A stretch of 64,000 nt of DNA from Candidatus Atabeyarchaeum deiterrae (GCA_037310415.1 CP147780.1:2208001-2272000); one strand, 5' to 3'. Shown: positions 27,782 through 39,151, counted from the first letter of the stretch. A program made the numbers and translations. The notes: generated by a model from the letters alone, not told the origin.

Positions 27782-29515
27782 TCATGGATTCATTTCATAC
27801 AGACCTTTGAGTGCGTAGACTTTTTCGACGACTCTCTTGAAACGCTCTTCGCCAATCACCGGTTTCTTGATCATTTTCATACAGTATTCCATTTGATTCT
27901 TCGCTGTGCTGGGTTTCGAGTATAGTTGGAGTGCATATTTCGAAAAATCCCTAACCATGAAGTCGAAAATCTGATCCAGGAGATCATCTTCAACATCATA
28001 GATCTTTGAGTTCTCAATAATGAGCTGCCCGTAGGCGACTAATGTAAAGAGTTCGCCAACCGTTAGAAGGAAGTCAATATCCTTGGACTGTTCTTGAGAA
28101 GGAGGTGCCTTGAGGCCAAGCTCCTTGAAGATCGCTATTTGTTCTTTGAACACGTTCACATTAGGCAGGTCAACGCTGTCATAGGCGATATTGTAGTCAT
28201 GGAATTGTATTTCCCCTAAACCCTTCGCTGGTCCTTGATTGAAGAGGAAATCGTCATTTCTGGCATCGTTTCTCTTTGGTATCTCGGGGAACTTGCCATG
28301 ACCGAAGAAGAACCTTGGGACGAATTTGATGATAAGCGCCATGTTCACGTGAACTGTTCCTTCAAGTTTCGGCAGAGCTCTGATATCTCTTGCCGCCATT
28401 TCGAAATAGGTATCCGCTTCAAAACCCTTCGCAGCAATAATGTCCCAGAGGAGGTTTATCACTTCCTCACCTTGCGTGGTTACCTTCATTTTCACAATCG
28501 GATTATAGAGGAGATATCGCCTATCATTAGGCGAAGCAGAACGCATGTAGTCCGCCGCCCTCAATGCAAAGAGTTTCATTGCTACAAGACGGCAGTAGGC
28601 GTCAACAAAGAATTGTTTGATGTGTGGAAAATCTGTCACATAGGTGTTGTAGAGTCTGCGTTTTGAAGCATGGTTGATCGCTTCATAGAATGCGTGGGTA
28701 CATATGCCGATTGACGCCCACCCGAGGTTGAACTTTCCAATATTGACAGTGTTAAGAGCAGTGTCCCAAGCATCCGCGCCTTTTGAAAGGATGTCAGCTT
28801 CAGTTATGGCGTAATCGTGGAGCGCGTACTGACCGACGTAGTTTTGGCTACTAACGACGTTTTTCACTAGGTCGTAGTTCTTCTTGCTGTAATTCGCCAC
28901 AAATAAAACGTAATCGCTCTTATCCTTGGCCCCTGAAATTCTTCCCTTGGGATCAGTTATTCTTCCGAAAGTGGATACCATCGGAGCCACATTTGCATTA
29001 CCTATATAGTACTTCTCGCCATTGGCCGTGTACGTTCCGTCGGCTTGGGGTATGAGCTTCATTTCGGTAGAATATATGTCAGCGCCATGTTCCCTTTCAG
29101 AGAGACCAAAAGCGAATACCGCTCCATCTTTCAGAAGTTGCGCGGCTTTCTTCTTCAATTCCTCATTCTTACTCATCCAGATTGGACCGAGACCGAGAAT
29201 AGACACCTGCCAGGTGTACCAGTAGCACAATCCATAGAAGGCGAGAATCTCATTGAATTCACAATTTCGCCAAGTATCCCAGCGAGTAGCTTCAGCACCT
29301 TCGTCAGCGTAATCTGAAGGAGTCAGAAGAGCGGAGAAAATCTTCTCTTCTTTTACAAACTCGAGAAAATCTGAATACCAGATCTTATTATGGTCCATTT
29401 CCTTGAGTTTTGTCTTCCCTCTATTCTCAAAAAAACCAATGGTCTTCAGCATGATCTCTCGAGATCTTTCATCTGCATATTCACGACTGTGATTTCTTGG
29501 ATTTAGGAGAATCAT
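27782..29515 (-). CDS. Acyl-CoA dehydrogenase (long FadE-like type)
   Basis: AFGLSEREHGADIY, NGEKYYIGN, AAKGFE, RALPKLEGTVHVN. Confidence 0.88.
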   Translation of the reverse strand: MILLNPRNHSREYADERSREIMLKTIGFFENRGKTKLKEMDHNKIWYSDFLEFVKEEKIFSALLTPSDYADEGAEATRWDTWRNCEFNEILAFYGLCYWYTWQVSILGLGPIWMSKNEELKKKAAQLLKDGAVFAFGLSEREHGADIYSTEMKLIPQADGTYTANGEKYYIGNANVAPMVSTFGRITDPKGRISGAKDKSDYVLFVANYSKKNYDLVKNVVSSQNYVGQYALHDYAITEADILSKGADAWDTALNTVNIGKFNLGWASIGICTHAFYEAINHASKRRLYNTYVTDFPHIKQFFVDAYCRLVAMKLFALRAADYMRSASPNDRRYLLYNPIVKMKVTTQGEEVINLLWDIIAAKGFEADTYFEMAARDIRALPKLEGTVHVNMALIIKFVPRFFFGHGKFPEIPKRNDARNDDFLFNQGPAKGLGEIQFHDYNIAYDSVDLPNVNVFKEQIAIFKELGLKAPPSQEQSKDIDFLLTVGELFTLVAYGQLIIENSKIYDVEDDLLDQIFDFMVRDFSKYALQLYSKPSTAKNQMEYCMKMIKKPVIGEERFKRVVEKVYALKGLYEMNP

Positions 29516-29727
29516 GACCGATTAGTTATCTGACGTGTTATATAAATTAGTTGGAGGCAACATGCTCCTGCATTTGAGCTGGAGGTTGCCTAATCAAACT
29601 GGACTCGTTCTATTCTTCAGTGCTTCCCGAAGAGAACCTTACCAGACTTGTGGAGAAGTTATATTAGATTAGAGAAGTACAGTTCTCATAAAATGATCAT
29701 GAGTAAGAGGATGAGAGGAGACTGGAA

Positions 29728-31428
29728 TTGGTAGCATATGCTGATAAACCATGGTTGAAGCACTACCACGCGGGAGTACCCACGCATGTAGACATTCCTG
29801 AGATTTCCGTACCCGACATGCTAGAGCGCACTGTGTCGAAGATTCCCGACAACACTGCAATCTACTTTATGGGACGCAAGATAACATACAAGGAACTGAA
29901 GGATCACGTGGATAGACTGGCAACAGCTTTAGTAGATCTAGGAATCAGCAGAGGGGACGTGGTCGCAATACATCTCCCAAACCTGCCTCAATTTATAATA
30001 ACGTACTACGCAGCATTGAAAGCAGGCGCCAGGGTCACTTGCATAAGCGCACTCTTGACTGGACCCGAAGCTAAGTTCCAGTTGAATGATGCTGGAGCCA
30101 AAGCAATAGTCACAATGGATGGAGCGCCGCTCGGAGTAATTAGTAGCATAAGAAATGATACCAAGCTAAAGCATGTCATAGTCGCATCCTTGATGGACTA
30201 CTTGCCCGGGAAGCCGCGGAGACCAGCAGAGAAAGAAGGAACCCATCAGTTTGCCAATCTAATAGCAGACCATCAACCAAATCCCCCACAGTTCAAGATC
30301 AACCCAAGGGAAGAGGTCGCAGTGCTGCAGTACACAGGCGGAACAACCGGAATACCAAAAGGCGCCATGCTCACACATCACAACCTAGTCTCGAACGTCA
30401 TGCAAGGCATTGCCTGGTTTGGCTGGAACTTCGAATTTGGAAAGGAGACGTGTCTAGTTAACTTGCCATTGTTCCATATCTATGCCATGACAGCCTGCAT
30501 GAATGTCCCGATCTGGCATGGATTTTGCATGGCTCTCAACCCAGATCCGAGGGACCTCCCTTCAGCACTCTCCCTGATCAAAAGCACAAAGCCGAGTTTC
30601 TTCCCAGGAGTTCCGACTCTCTATATGCGGCTGCTTCAAGTCAAGGGTGTGGAAAAATACTATGGTGACTTGAAAACCATCAGAATCTGCTTGTCGGGAG
30701 CCGCCCCTATGCCGCCAGAGGTCATGAAGCAATTTGAGCAGGTAACAGGAGGCACTGTTCTCGAAGCCTACGGTCTGACTGAAACTTGCCCTGCGACGCA
30801 CATTAGCCCCTCCAAAGAAGGGAGGAAGATTGGCTCAATTGGACCCCCGATATCTGACACCGATTGCAGGATTGTCGATATTGAAACTGGAATAAGGCTC
30901 ATGCCCGTTGGTGAAGCAGGCGAACTCGCGATAAAGGGTCCGCAGGTAATGAAAGGCTATTGGAATAAACCAGAAGAAACAAAGAACCAATTGAAAAAGG
31001 AGATCGCTGGAGAGCCTGGTCCATGGCTTCTCACTGGTGACATTGCGAAGATGGATGAGGATGGATTCTTCTACATAGTTGACAGAAAGAAGGACATGAT
31101 TGATGTCAGCGGCTTCAAGGTATACCCGCGTGAAGTTGATGACGTGCTATTCGAACACCCATCGGTTGCGATGGCAGCGGCAATCGGCATCGCAGATCCA
31201 AAGATGCCTGGAAGTGAGCGAGTGAAGGCATTCGTGGTGGTGAAACCAGGTGTCGCCGAGAGCGACGAGACAAAGAAGAACATCATCGACTTTGCCAAGA
31301 CACGGCTCGCACCATACAAAGTTCCCAAAGAAATTGAGTTCAGAAAGGAACTGCCAACAACACTGATTGGAAAGGTTCTGAAGAGACCGCTGAGGGACGA
31401 GGAGAAGCAGAAAACAGGGAAAACCTGA
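29728..31428 (+). CDS. Long-chain-fatty-acid--CoA ligase (paralog 1)
   Basis: YTGGTTGIPKG, EAYGLTE, TGDIA, DRKKDMI, GKVLKR. Confidence 0.95.
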   Translation: MVAYADKPWLKHYHAGVPTHVDIPEISVPDMLERTVSKIPDNTAIYFMGRKITYKELKDHVDRLATALVDLGISRGDVVAIHLPNLPQFIITYYAALKAGARVTCISALLTGPEAKFQLNDAGAKAIVTMDGAPLGVISSIRNDTKLKHVIVASLMDYLPGKPRRPAEKEGTHQFANLIADHQPNPPQFKINPREEVAVLQYTGGTTGIPKGAMLTHHNLVSNVMQGIAWFGWNFEFGKETCLVNLPLFHIYAMTACMNVPIWHGFCMALNPDPRDLPSALSLIKSTKPSFFPGVPTLYMRLLQVKGVEKYYGDLKTIRICLSGAAPMPPEVMKQFEQVTGGTVLEAYGLTETCPATHISPSKEGRKIGSIGPPISDTDCRIVDIETGIRLMPVGEAGELAIKGPQVMKGYWNKPEETKNQLKKEIAGEPGPWLLTGDIAKMDEDGFFYIVDRKKDMIDVSGFKVYPREVDDVLFEHPSVAMAAAIGIADPKMPGSERVKAFVVVKPGVAESDETKKNIIDFAKTRLAPYKVPKEIEFRKELPTTLIGKVLKRPLRDEEKQKTGKT

Positions 31429-31612
31429 GAAACACCTTCTCTATACCTCTCTTTTTTCGAACCGTCTCTAAACCACTTGGTAACCTTCTTCATAGGCGAA
31501 GTGATCTCTGTTAGTTTGAAGCCTTGGGAAGGCATAAATAACGCCTAAACAAGATTATTAGATCTAATCAGTTCTAATACCGACTTCAAATGAAGAAGAG
31601 AGGGAATAAGGA

Positions 31613-33310
31613 TTGGTAACATATGCGGATAAACCATGGTTGAAGCACTACCACAAGGGAGTACCCGAGAAGTTGGACATTCCAGTGATCTCACTCCCTG
31701 AAATGCTCGATCGGACAGTAGCGAAGTATCCAGAAAGCACTGCGATCTATTTCATGGGACGCAAGATACTCTATAAGGAGCTGAAGGATCACGTCGACAG
31801 ATTTTCCACAGCGCTGGCAGACTTAGGTATCAAGAAAGGGGATGTAGTCGCGATACACTTGCCGAACTTCCCCCAGTTCATAATAGCATACTACGGGGCC
31901 CTGAAAGCGGGCGCAGCAGTGACCTGCATTAGCGCTTTACTAACAGCACCCGAAGTCAAGTTCCAGTTGAACGACGCGCAGGCAAAAGCAATAGTCACAA
32001 TGGATGGACAACCTCTTCAGATAGTCAACGGCGTCAAAAACGAAACACAACTGAAGCATGTCATAGTGACATCACTAGTTGATTACCTGCCAGGGAAACC
32101 GCGGAGACCAGCGGAGAAAGAAGGAACCCACCAGATGGCAAATCTCATTGCGGACAACCAACCGAATCCGCCCAAAGTGAACATTAATCCAAAAGAAGAC
32201 ATTGCTACACTACAATACACAGGCGGAACAACGGGTACACCGAAGGGCGCCATGCTAACGCACCACAATCTCGTGGCAAATGCTACGCAAACAATAAACT
32301 GGTTCATCTGGGATTTGAGGGAAGGCAAGGAGACATGTATGGTCAACCTTCCACTATTCCACATCTACGGAATGACTTGTTGCATGAACTCCTCAATCAA
32401 CATGGGATACTGTATGGCTCTTAATCCTGACGCCAGAGACTTTCCCTCATTGCTCTCATTGATCAAAAGCACCAAACCGAGCTTCTTCCCCGGTGTTCCA
32501 ACACTCTATATGCGTCTGCTTCAGACAAAAGGCGTAGAGAAGTACTATGAAGACCTCAAATCGATCAGAATGTGCAACTCCGGTGCAGCCCCAATGCCAC
32601 CAGAAGTCATGAAACAGTTTGAACAAGTAACTGGAGGCTCCATTCTCGAAGGCTATGGCTTAACCGAGTGCTGCCCGGTAACTCACGTGAACCCAGACAA
32701 GGAGACTAGGAAAATAGGCTCAATCGGTCTACCAATACCCAACACAGATTGCAGGATTGTCGATATTGAAACTGGAACAAAGCTCATGCCCGTCGGCGAG
32801 GTAGGCGAACTGGCAATCAAAGGTCCTCAAGTCATGAAGGGCTATTGGAACAAACCTGGAGAAACAAAGAACCAGCTAAAGAGCAAACTCCTGGGCGAGG
32901 CAGGACCATGGGTGCTTACCGGAGACATCGCTAAGATGGATGAACAAGGATACTTCTACATAGTCGACAGGAAGAAAGACATGATTGACGTAAGTGGCTT
33001 CAAGGTATACCCTCGCGAAGTTGATGACAAGTTATTTGAACATCCCCAAGTAGCAATGGCTGCAGCCGTCGGAATACCTGACCCCAAGAATCCCGGCAGC
33101 GAAGTAGTGAAGGCATTCGTCGTCTTGAAACCAGGAGTTCCAGAAAACGAGGAGACGAAGAAGGGCATCATGGATTTTGCGAAGAGGTCAATGTCCCCAT
33201 ACAAGGTACCAAAGGAAATCGAGTTCAGAAAGGAATTGCCAACGACACTCATTGGAAAAGTCTTGAAGCGGCCTCTAAGGGAAGAGGAGAAGAAGAAAAT
33301 GAGCAAATAG
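31613..33310 (+). CDS. Long-chain-fatty-acid--CoA ligase (paralog 2, tandem duplicate)
   Basis: YTGGTTGTPKG, EGYGLTE, TGDIA; colinear and highly similar to 29728-31428. Confidence 0.95.
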   Translation: MVTYADKPWLKHYHKGVPEKLDIPVISLPEMLDRTVAKYPESTAIYFMGRKILYKELKDHVDRFSTALADLGIKKGDVVAIHLPNFPQFIIAYYGALKAGAAVTCISALLTAPEVKFQLNDAQAKAIVTMDGQPLQIVNGVKNETQLKHVIVTSLVDYLPGKPRRPAEKEGTHQMANLIADNQPNPPKVNINPKEDIATLQYTGGTTGTPKGAMLTHHNLVANATQTINWFIWDLREGKETCMVNLPLFHIYGMTCCMNSSINMGYCMALNPDARDFPSLLSLIKSTKPSFFPGVPTLYMRLLQTKGVEKYYEDLKSIRMCNSGAAPMPPEVMKQFEQVTGGSILEGYGLTECCPVTHVNPDKETRKIGSIGLPIPNTDCRIVDIETGTKLMPVGEVGELAIKGPQVMKGYWNKPGETKNQLKSKLLGEAGPWVLTGDIAKMDEQGYFYIVDRKKDMIDVSGFKVYPREVDDKLFEHPQVAMAAAVGIPDPKNPGSEVVKAFVVLKPGVPENEETKKGIMDFAKRSMSPYKVPKEIEFRKELPTTLIGKVLKRPLREEEKKKMSK

Positions 33311-33500
33311 CCGGAATCTGCGTACGATTCCCATTTCACTTTTTTTGCTCAAGGAAATGACTTAGTTCAAATTGTTTCCCTCTTGATCAACATCTTCTCT
33401 CTTTGAAGTCAGCTCTAGCGATATAAACTTGAATATTTCTTGCCTACAAATGCTTTAATTGTCACAACACGCTAACCTATTCAGGGTTCTGACAATCTAG

Positions 33501-34028
33501 GTGGTTCTTCGTTTCGTGTCAAAAAAAGAATCCGAAAACGAAATCGAAGATGACGAAGGAAGATGGTGGGAGGATATACTTCAGCGCATAGATTCAACCA
33601 AGTTCTCCAGCCTGTTTCGCAATCTGGTATTGGCAACGGGATTACTTCGCTTGCGCGAAGGGAGCGAAGGCGCTCTACGCGATCTGGACACCATAATAAA
33701 TGAAACTGAAAGATACTCAAATCGCATGAATTCAGCCAAGAATGCCCATCCAGAAGTCAAGTTACTAGAGGCAATTGAAAAAAACCTGACAGAGTTCTCG
33801 CTCCAAACAAATGATTTCCGGAATGCGTTATTGACAAGCGAATTGAGAATGGAACTTGAGCTAGCTTCGCTCTCATTACTTCTTTCAAAGTCAAAATCAC
33901 CTGAGAGAAGAACCCGAAAAATCAATCTCGCCAGAAAGCTCACGAAGTTAGCGCGGCGCATCAGATTGAAAGAAGGGCGCTCGAAAGACTTGGAGGCAAA
34001 TTCAATATTACGTGAGACTTCAGACTAG
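33501..34028 (+). CDS. Hypothetical helical protein
   Basis: 175-aa ORF, amphipathic/coiled-coil composition. Confidence 0.55.
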   Translation: MVLRFVSKKESENEIEDDEGRWWEDILQRIDSTKFSSLFRNLVLATGLLRLREGSEGALRDLDTIINETERYSNRMNSAKNAHPEVKLLEAIEKNLTEFSLQTNDFRNALLTSELRMELELASLSLLLSKSKSPERRTRKINLARKLTKLARRIRLKEGRSKDLEANSILRETSD

Positions 34029-34755
34029 CAGATTTCTTTATTGGGTCGTCTACCCTTTAACGGTTAGGGGTCTGTTCTATGAATGGGAAAAATCCAATCA
34101 GCGGAGAGCATGTACAAGGTCCATAGAAGTCACTCAGAAGAATCAAGTCACCCGAAGTCTGTGGGCGATGTCGGGCAATCGACAATCATTTTGCTTGTTG
34201 GCCTATTCCAAGAACCCTAACAGGGTCGACTCCCATGTTCTACCTTCTCGCTTCGACTCTGATGTGGCTTGGACGTATGAGATGCAGAGGTATGGAATCT
34301 AGCAGATAGTGCACGCCAATTCTATTCTAAGGTTGACCGATTCTGTCTCTGTCTGCATCTGCTTTGTCTGTTTTCACAGATTTCTTGTTCCTGTGATCCG
34401 CGCCCTCTTCCAGTTCAGTGTTCCATTCAGGAAAACCATTGTGGAATTGGTTTGCTATCTGGATTTCGACTTCGACACGCGCTTGGCGCGAGGCTGAAGC
34501 TGATCGATCTCTGGGAAAAGATAATTAATGAACCAAGTTGAAGTGCGCTTCAATAAGAAAAGAACCTGGCTTGCGGTGCAGGCAATGTACAATTGCTGTG
34601 GATGCAGAAGTGTGTCGAAGACATTGAGACCTTTGATCTGCCTCGGTATTGAGGGTAACGCTCGAACTATTCGCCCTTAACGGGAAACTTAATATAGAAG
34701 AAGTGGCAGAAAAAATCTTGTTGACAAAGCAACCCAGAACTTCTGGGTAGGAGGG

Positions 34756-35964
34756 GTGGATCAGAATTTGAGCAGTAGAAATGTTCACGTAAAGGCAGCG
34801 ATAGTCGTCGCAGTGATATTCTTTTCCATACAGTTTGTGACACCGCTGACAACTCCAATAACTTCACCAGTCATAGTTACGCTGAGCAGTGACCAGCAAG
34901 CATCATATACAGCGAACAAAGTTAATCAGTTGCTTAACGGAAAGGCTTTCGTAGTCTCATCTAGTGACCCCATTGGTAACTTGTTCATTCTGCAGAGAGC
35001 TGTAGGCGAAGTAATATACGTCGGCCACGGAACACCTAGAGAAGTTAAAGTCGGAGAAAGCCTGATGAGCTGGGAAACCTTTGCAGAGAGGAATTTGATG
35101 ACGCTTCAATCTCAGCAAGTATACATTGCCGCTTGTTACTCATCCAAAGCATCAGACATACTCGCGCAAAAATACGGTCACAGTAATGTCGTCATGAGCT
35201 TCAAAGGTCTTGTGGACACTGATGAGGCAGCATACCTAGTCACATCCGCAATAGCAATTACCGAAGGGGATATTAGCGCTGCGAAAACGATGATAGGTGA
35301 ACTGTGTCAAGTGATGACAGGCAAAGTTCTGACTCCTGAGAAGTATAACCATTGGTTGCTATCGTTTAATGTCGACGATGATGGTGGTGGCACTGGCTAT
35401 TCTAATGGATGGTCTGGCAATGCCTACTATCAATGGGTAAGAAGCTTGTACTTCGTAAAGTACGGTGGTTACCCTTCTAGCTCTAACATCCAAGTTGCAT
35501 ACACTCACCCAGACGTCTATCGGTATTACTCGTGGATAGGAGTCAACACGCCTTGCACTATTTCTGGAGCCAACCTAGTCGCCGTCCATACCACGAAGAC
35601 CCAACTTGATAGTTCTGACCTATTCACCATGATTTGGAGCGCATGCGAAGGCTTTGGAACTGCAGTAGCAGGTGCCATGGCGGTCTTAGCTCCTGTCGTC
35701 GCCGTAATGGCTGCCGCGCTAGTGATCTTTGTAGGATTTGCAGAGTACCTTATCATGACTTATCTGATCAGGGATGAGACGGGAGCTGCTTGGACTCATT
35801 ACCAGAACTACTTCAACTTTGGCAGCATCACAGGGGTAGACATTAAGGTTGGGAAGCTCGGTTGGTGGCGCACGATAACAACTTGGTTGTTAGGAGTTAT
35901 TCCTGTCCCTGCCGTCTACACGCTCTGGTACGGAGGACTAGATCTGGGCATTGACGGAATGTAA
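34756..35964 (+). CDS. Exported protein with caspase/CHAT-like (clan CD) cysteine-protease domain and hydrophobic C-terminal domain
   Basis: N-terminal signal/TM; VIYVGHG...VYIAACYS His-Cys dyad pattern; DDDGGGTG linker; long hydrophobic segment. Confidence 0.6.
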   Translation: MDQNLSSRNVHVKAAIVVAVIFFSIQFVTPLTTPITSPVIVTLSSDQQASYTANKVNQLLNGKAFVVSSSDPIGNLFILQRAVGEVIYVGHGTPREVKVGESLMSWETFAERNLMTLQSQQVYIAACYSSKASDILAQKYGHSNVVMSFKGLVDTDEAAYLVTSAIAITEGDISAAKTMIGELCQVMTGKVLTPEKYNHWLLSFNVDDDGGGTGYSNGWSGNAYYQWVRSLYFVKYGGYPSSSNIQVAYTHPDVYRYYSWIGVNTPCTISGANLVAVHTTKTQLDSSDLFTMIWSACEGFGTAVAGAMAVLAPVVAVMAAALVIFVGFAEYLIMTYLIRDETGAAWTHYQNYFNFGSITGVDIKVGKLGWWRTITTWLLGVIPVPAVYTLWYGGLDLGIDGM

Positions 35965-35996
35965 CGACGCGAAGCTTTTGGAGGCGGTGTCGGTCT

Positions 35997-36662
35997 ATGG
36001 TCGAGGCGAAAGGGGGTTCTTCCCCCTACCTTGTTTTCTTTTTCCTGCTCCCAGCACTCGGGCTTAATCTCGTCGCCGTAGTAAACCCATTGATAATAGA
36101 GGGAATGATAATCAGAGCCCCTCCACCAGTCTGGACGTCACTAGACTCATGGTTTGCTAGGTCTGTCTTTGGTAGTTTCTCAGACTTCCCCTACAACGTG
36201 TTCATCCCTTTTCTTCTGGGACTCTATGTCATCAGTTTCTTGGTAGGTTTCTTGGTTTCGATACTGCTATTGAAACCGATTTTTGGACAGTTATTGAGTA
36301 ACCGTGAGGTAACCTTCTCGGAAGGAAGACTTGCCCTCAGAATTGGCTTGGATTTCTTCGTAGTCGTCTGCTTTATGTGGTTTGCGTTTAATCCAATTCT
36401 GGCTTACCTGACACAGTGTCCATATCAGCTCGGTATTATACCAGGTTCATTCATTTCTCTTTACATATTGACTGGGTTCATTACAGGCGATGGTATCGGC
36501 AAATCCGTCTTCCCGCTCAGGCTCCGCTGGATGTGTCGGAGAGATAAGTTGGAATTCAAATCCTTCAAGGTCGTAAGCTCGAGTGCTAACAAAGGCCACA
36601 GGGAGTCGAGTTTGATTAAGTGGGTGCTAATGTCAGCTGGTAGGTCTTTGCGGTCAATATAG
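35997..36662 (+). CDS. Membrane protein (4 TM), possible immunity/partner protein
   Basis: GGAGG SD, 32 nt after the preceding gene, four hydrophobic segments. Confidence 0.6.
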   Translation: MVEAKGGSSPYLVFFFLLPALGLNLVAVVNPLIIEGMIIRAPPPVWTSLDSWFARSVFGSFSDFPYNVFIPFLLGLYVISFLVGFLVSILLLKPIFGQLLSNREVTFSEGRLALRIGLDFFVVVCFMWFAFNPILAYLTQCPYQLGIIPGSFISLYILTGFITGDGIGKSVFPLRLRWMCRRDKLEFKSFKVVSSSANKGHRESSLIKWVLMSAGRSLRSI

Positions 36663-37405
36663 GCAAGTCTGAGATTGCCTACCTTAAGGTAATGGTAATA
36701 TCAAGCACTTTGGTCACCAGCTTGCGCCCGTTAATTGTGTGTACAATTCCTTTTACGTGTCGGAGTAACAGTACTAAGGGAAGAATCTGCATGACGATCA
36801 AGCAGAAAAGAAAAAGGAGAAGACTGCAGATCCAAAAGCAGTTAGTAAATAGATAGGTATAGACGGTTAGAATTATTCATAGCTATTATTCCTGCAATAG
36901 ATGGTTATGCAGGGATAGCTAGCTAGATGAATATTAATGCTTCAAATATAGCTAAAAGTAATCAACCTTCAATTCAATGCTCTTAGACTAGTTAGAGATA
37001 CGCTATATGCTATAATGCATAAAGCGAAGGTTGACGACTGTAGGAATGCAAGAGAGGTTTAATCATGCAGAGTGCCTTCTCGATTAAGTATCAGTTATCT
37101 GGCGGGCTAATTAGCATACGTTGGATTCTTGCAGAAAGTGTAAAGGATGGTGAGCACCGGATGAAAGAAATCCTGGGTTCTAATGGAGCAATCGTAGAAG
37201 TAAGAAAGTTGAGTAACGTAGGTGTAAGGGGTCGCTGGGATTACTCTGGGCACTAATCGGCTCTATTTTTGAATGCATTCTAACATCTCTGTACAGGTAC
37301 GCACATAGCTAATAATGAGTGATAGGGTTATATCTTCTCAGTCTTCTGATTGGTGGAGTGGGGTTAGCTCCCTTTTTTCAACTGCCCTTGGAGGTGATTA
37401 AGAAA

Positions 37406-37768
37406 ATGAGTGGATTCGTCTCGATCTATAAGGACATGACGCCTGCTGAAAAAGAGGTTGCGAGTTTTCTCACCAAACACCTTGGAATTTACTGGACTTT
37501 TGAACAGCCAGTGTGCGTGGGAGACGAGAAGAGGAGACCCAGGATTTGGAGCCCAGATTTCTATCTGCCTGACCTCGGTTTGTACATAGAGGTCTGTGGG
37601 TCAAAGGAGTATGATTACGTTTACCGTGAAGGCATCTATAAGGATAACAAGATACCTGTGATCTTCGTACACCTTTACAAGGAAGAGGGCAAGTGGCAAA
37701 ACTATCTGATCATGCAGATCAAGGAAATCCATGGCAACCGATCTAAGATCATCGAGCGTTTGGAGTGA
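37406..37768 (+). CDS. Small PD-(D/E)XK-fold endonuclease-like protein
   Basis: MTPAEKEVASFL...FEQP...PDFYLPDLGLYIEVCG; GGAGGTG SD upstream of ATG 37406. Confidence 0.75.
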   Translation: MSGFVSIYKDMTPAEKEVASFLTKHLGIYWTFEQPVCVGDEKRRPRIWSPDFYLPDLGLYIEVCGSKEYDYVYREGIYKDNKIPVIFVHLYKEEGKWQNYLIMQIKEIHGNRSKIIERLE

Positions 37769-37989
37769 ACTGTGCGAGGCAAGAGAGAGAAATGGAAGAT
37801 TTAAGAACACCACATGACATAACTTGTGGCGCGCGCTACTCACCACTGAGGGTGAAGTTGCGTTTGAATCTTTACCCGAAAAAAGACAGAGCGTTGCTTG
37901 AATTGCTGAAAAAGGAACCAGCAACTAACGGTTTCAAGATACTGTTGAATGGTAGATACTTGAGTTAGGTTTGCTCTAGTTGTAGTGTT

Positions 37990-38730
37990 TTGGTTGGTGG
38001 AGCGAGGGGGTTTTGTATCAAGATGTATGTCAGTTACAAATTATGTACCGAGGCTAAATCCTGTTCTGGAGCTAGAAAGCAATTAGACTTGTACAAGAAG
38101 ATGAGGAAAGAGATTCCAGAGTGGGAAGACGAAGATTTGTTACCTGACTGTGAAACGGAATTGACATACCATACTAGTAGTGGTTATCTGCAAGCGGTTC
38201 TAAACTTCCGAAACATTAGGAGTTCTCCTGGAGAAAGAAAGGAACTTTCAGAAGAAGAGACTAAACAGATACCAAAGAAGATAGAGGATTACATTGAAAG
38301 CCTATGTAATGAAAACCATATTGAGTTGAAAAAGCATGATGCTGGCAAAGAAATGGACTGCGAGAGAAAGGGGAAACAGGACAAAGGGGAGGAATATTGG
38401 TGTGGCATGCGGAATGATGAGATAGTGAGAGTTTGTTCAAATGGAACAAGAATTGCATTTGAAATTCTGGATAGGCTGGAGAAGGATAGCGGTTTTTTCA
38501 AATCCGATCCAAGTTTAAGTGAGCATATAAAACAGGAGATAGTCCGCCGATTGAGATTTACGCCAGATCTGAGTGATTGCAGATTCGAACGTACTTGGCA
38601 TGAGACCTGCAATTCAGTTGGACTGGGCATTTACTATGACGAGGACGGGAAGCTCTGGCGTTCCAGAGGGTATCGTGGTTTGGAATTGATCAAGGAAAGG
38701 TTTTTTGATTCCAGGGTAAATTCTTGGTAG
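37990..38730 (+). CDS. Hypothetical protein
   Basis: 246-aa charged, Cys-containing ORF in an AT-richer region. Confidence 0.55.
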   Translation: MVGGARGFCIKMYVSYKLCTEAKSCSGARKQLDLYKKMRKEIPEWEDEDLLPDCETELTYHTSSGYLQAVLNFRNIRSSPGERKELSEEETKQIPKKIEDYIESLCNENHIELKKHDAGKEMDCERKGKQDKGEEYWCGMRNDEIVRVCSNGTRIAFEILDRLEKDSGFFKSDPSLSEHIKQEIVRRLRFTPDLSDCRFERTWHETCNSVGLGIYYDEDGKLWRSRGYRGLELIKERFFDSRVNSW

Positions 38731-39151
38731 TAGGAATGCAGAGTATAGGTAGGTTGGTATGATATGGATGAATAAGAATAGGTAAGACTCAGGGGAAGGA
38801 GAAGAGAATAGTGAATAGAAAAGAAAGACGTGCAAAGGGAATTAAGGGATTAGGAGGCATTTATCCCTGTGTTATTACTTACAAAGATTCTGATGGAAAG
38901 ACAATATCGAAGAAATTTAGTGACATAGACGATGCAAGAGAATCGGCAAAGAGAAAGAAACTCAAAAAATATCTTCTACTTTAGTTTGGGTGATTAATAA
39001 GAGAATGACGAGTAAGAAACATTCAGAAGAAGCGAGAATGCGAGATTCGGACATAACTCACAAGTATAATAAGTTCACCCATCGCAAGTGTACTAATAGC
39101 GCTAAACAAGTGGAGGAAAAAGGCTAGGGGTGGATCAAAATCTCTATAGAG

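Noticed and set aside
33485-33493. GGTTCTGAC resembling another IS6-type end
   Set aside because: No matching inverted partner or TSD found nearby
34012-34788. ORFs 34012-34302, 34309-34497, 34525-34788
   Set aside because: No SD or motif support and atypical composition; likely spurious
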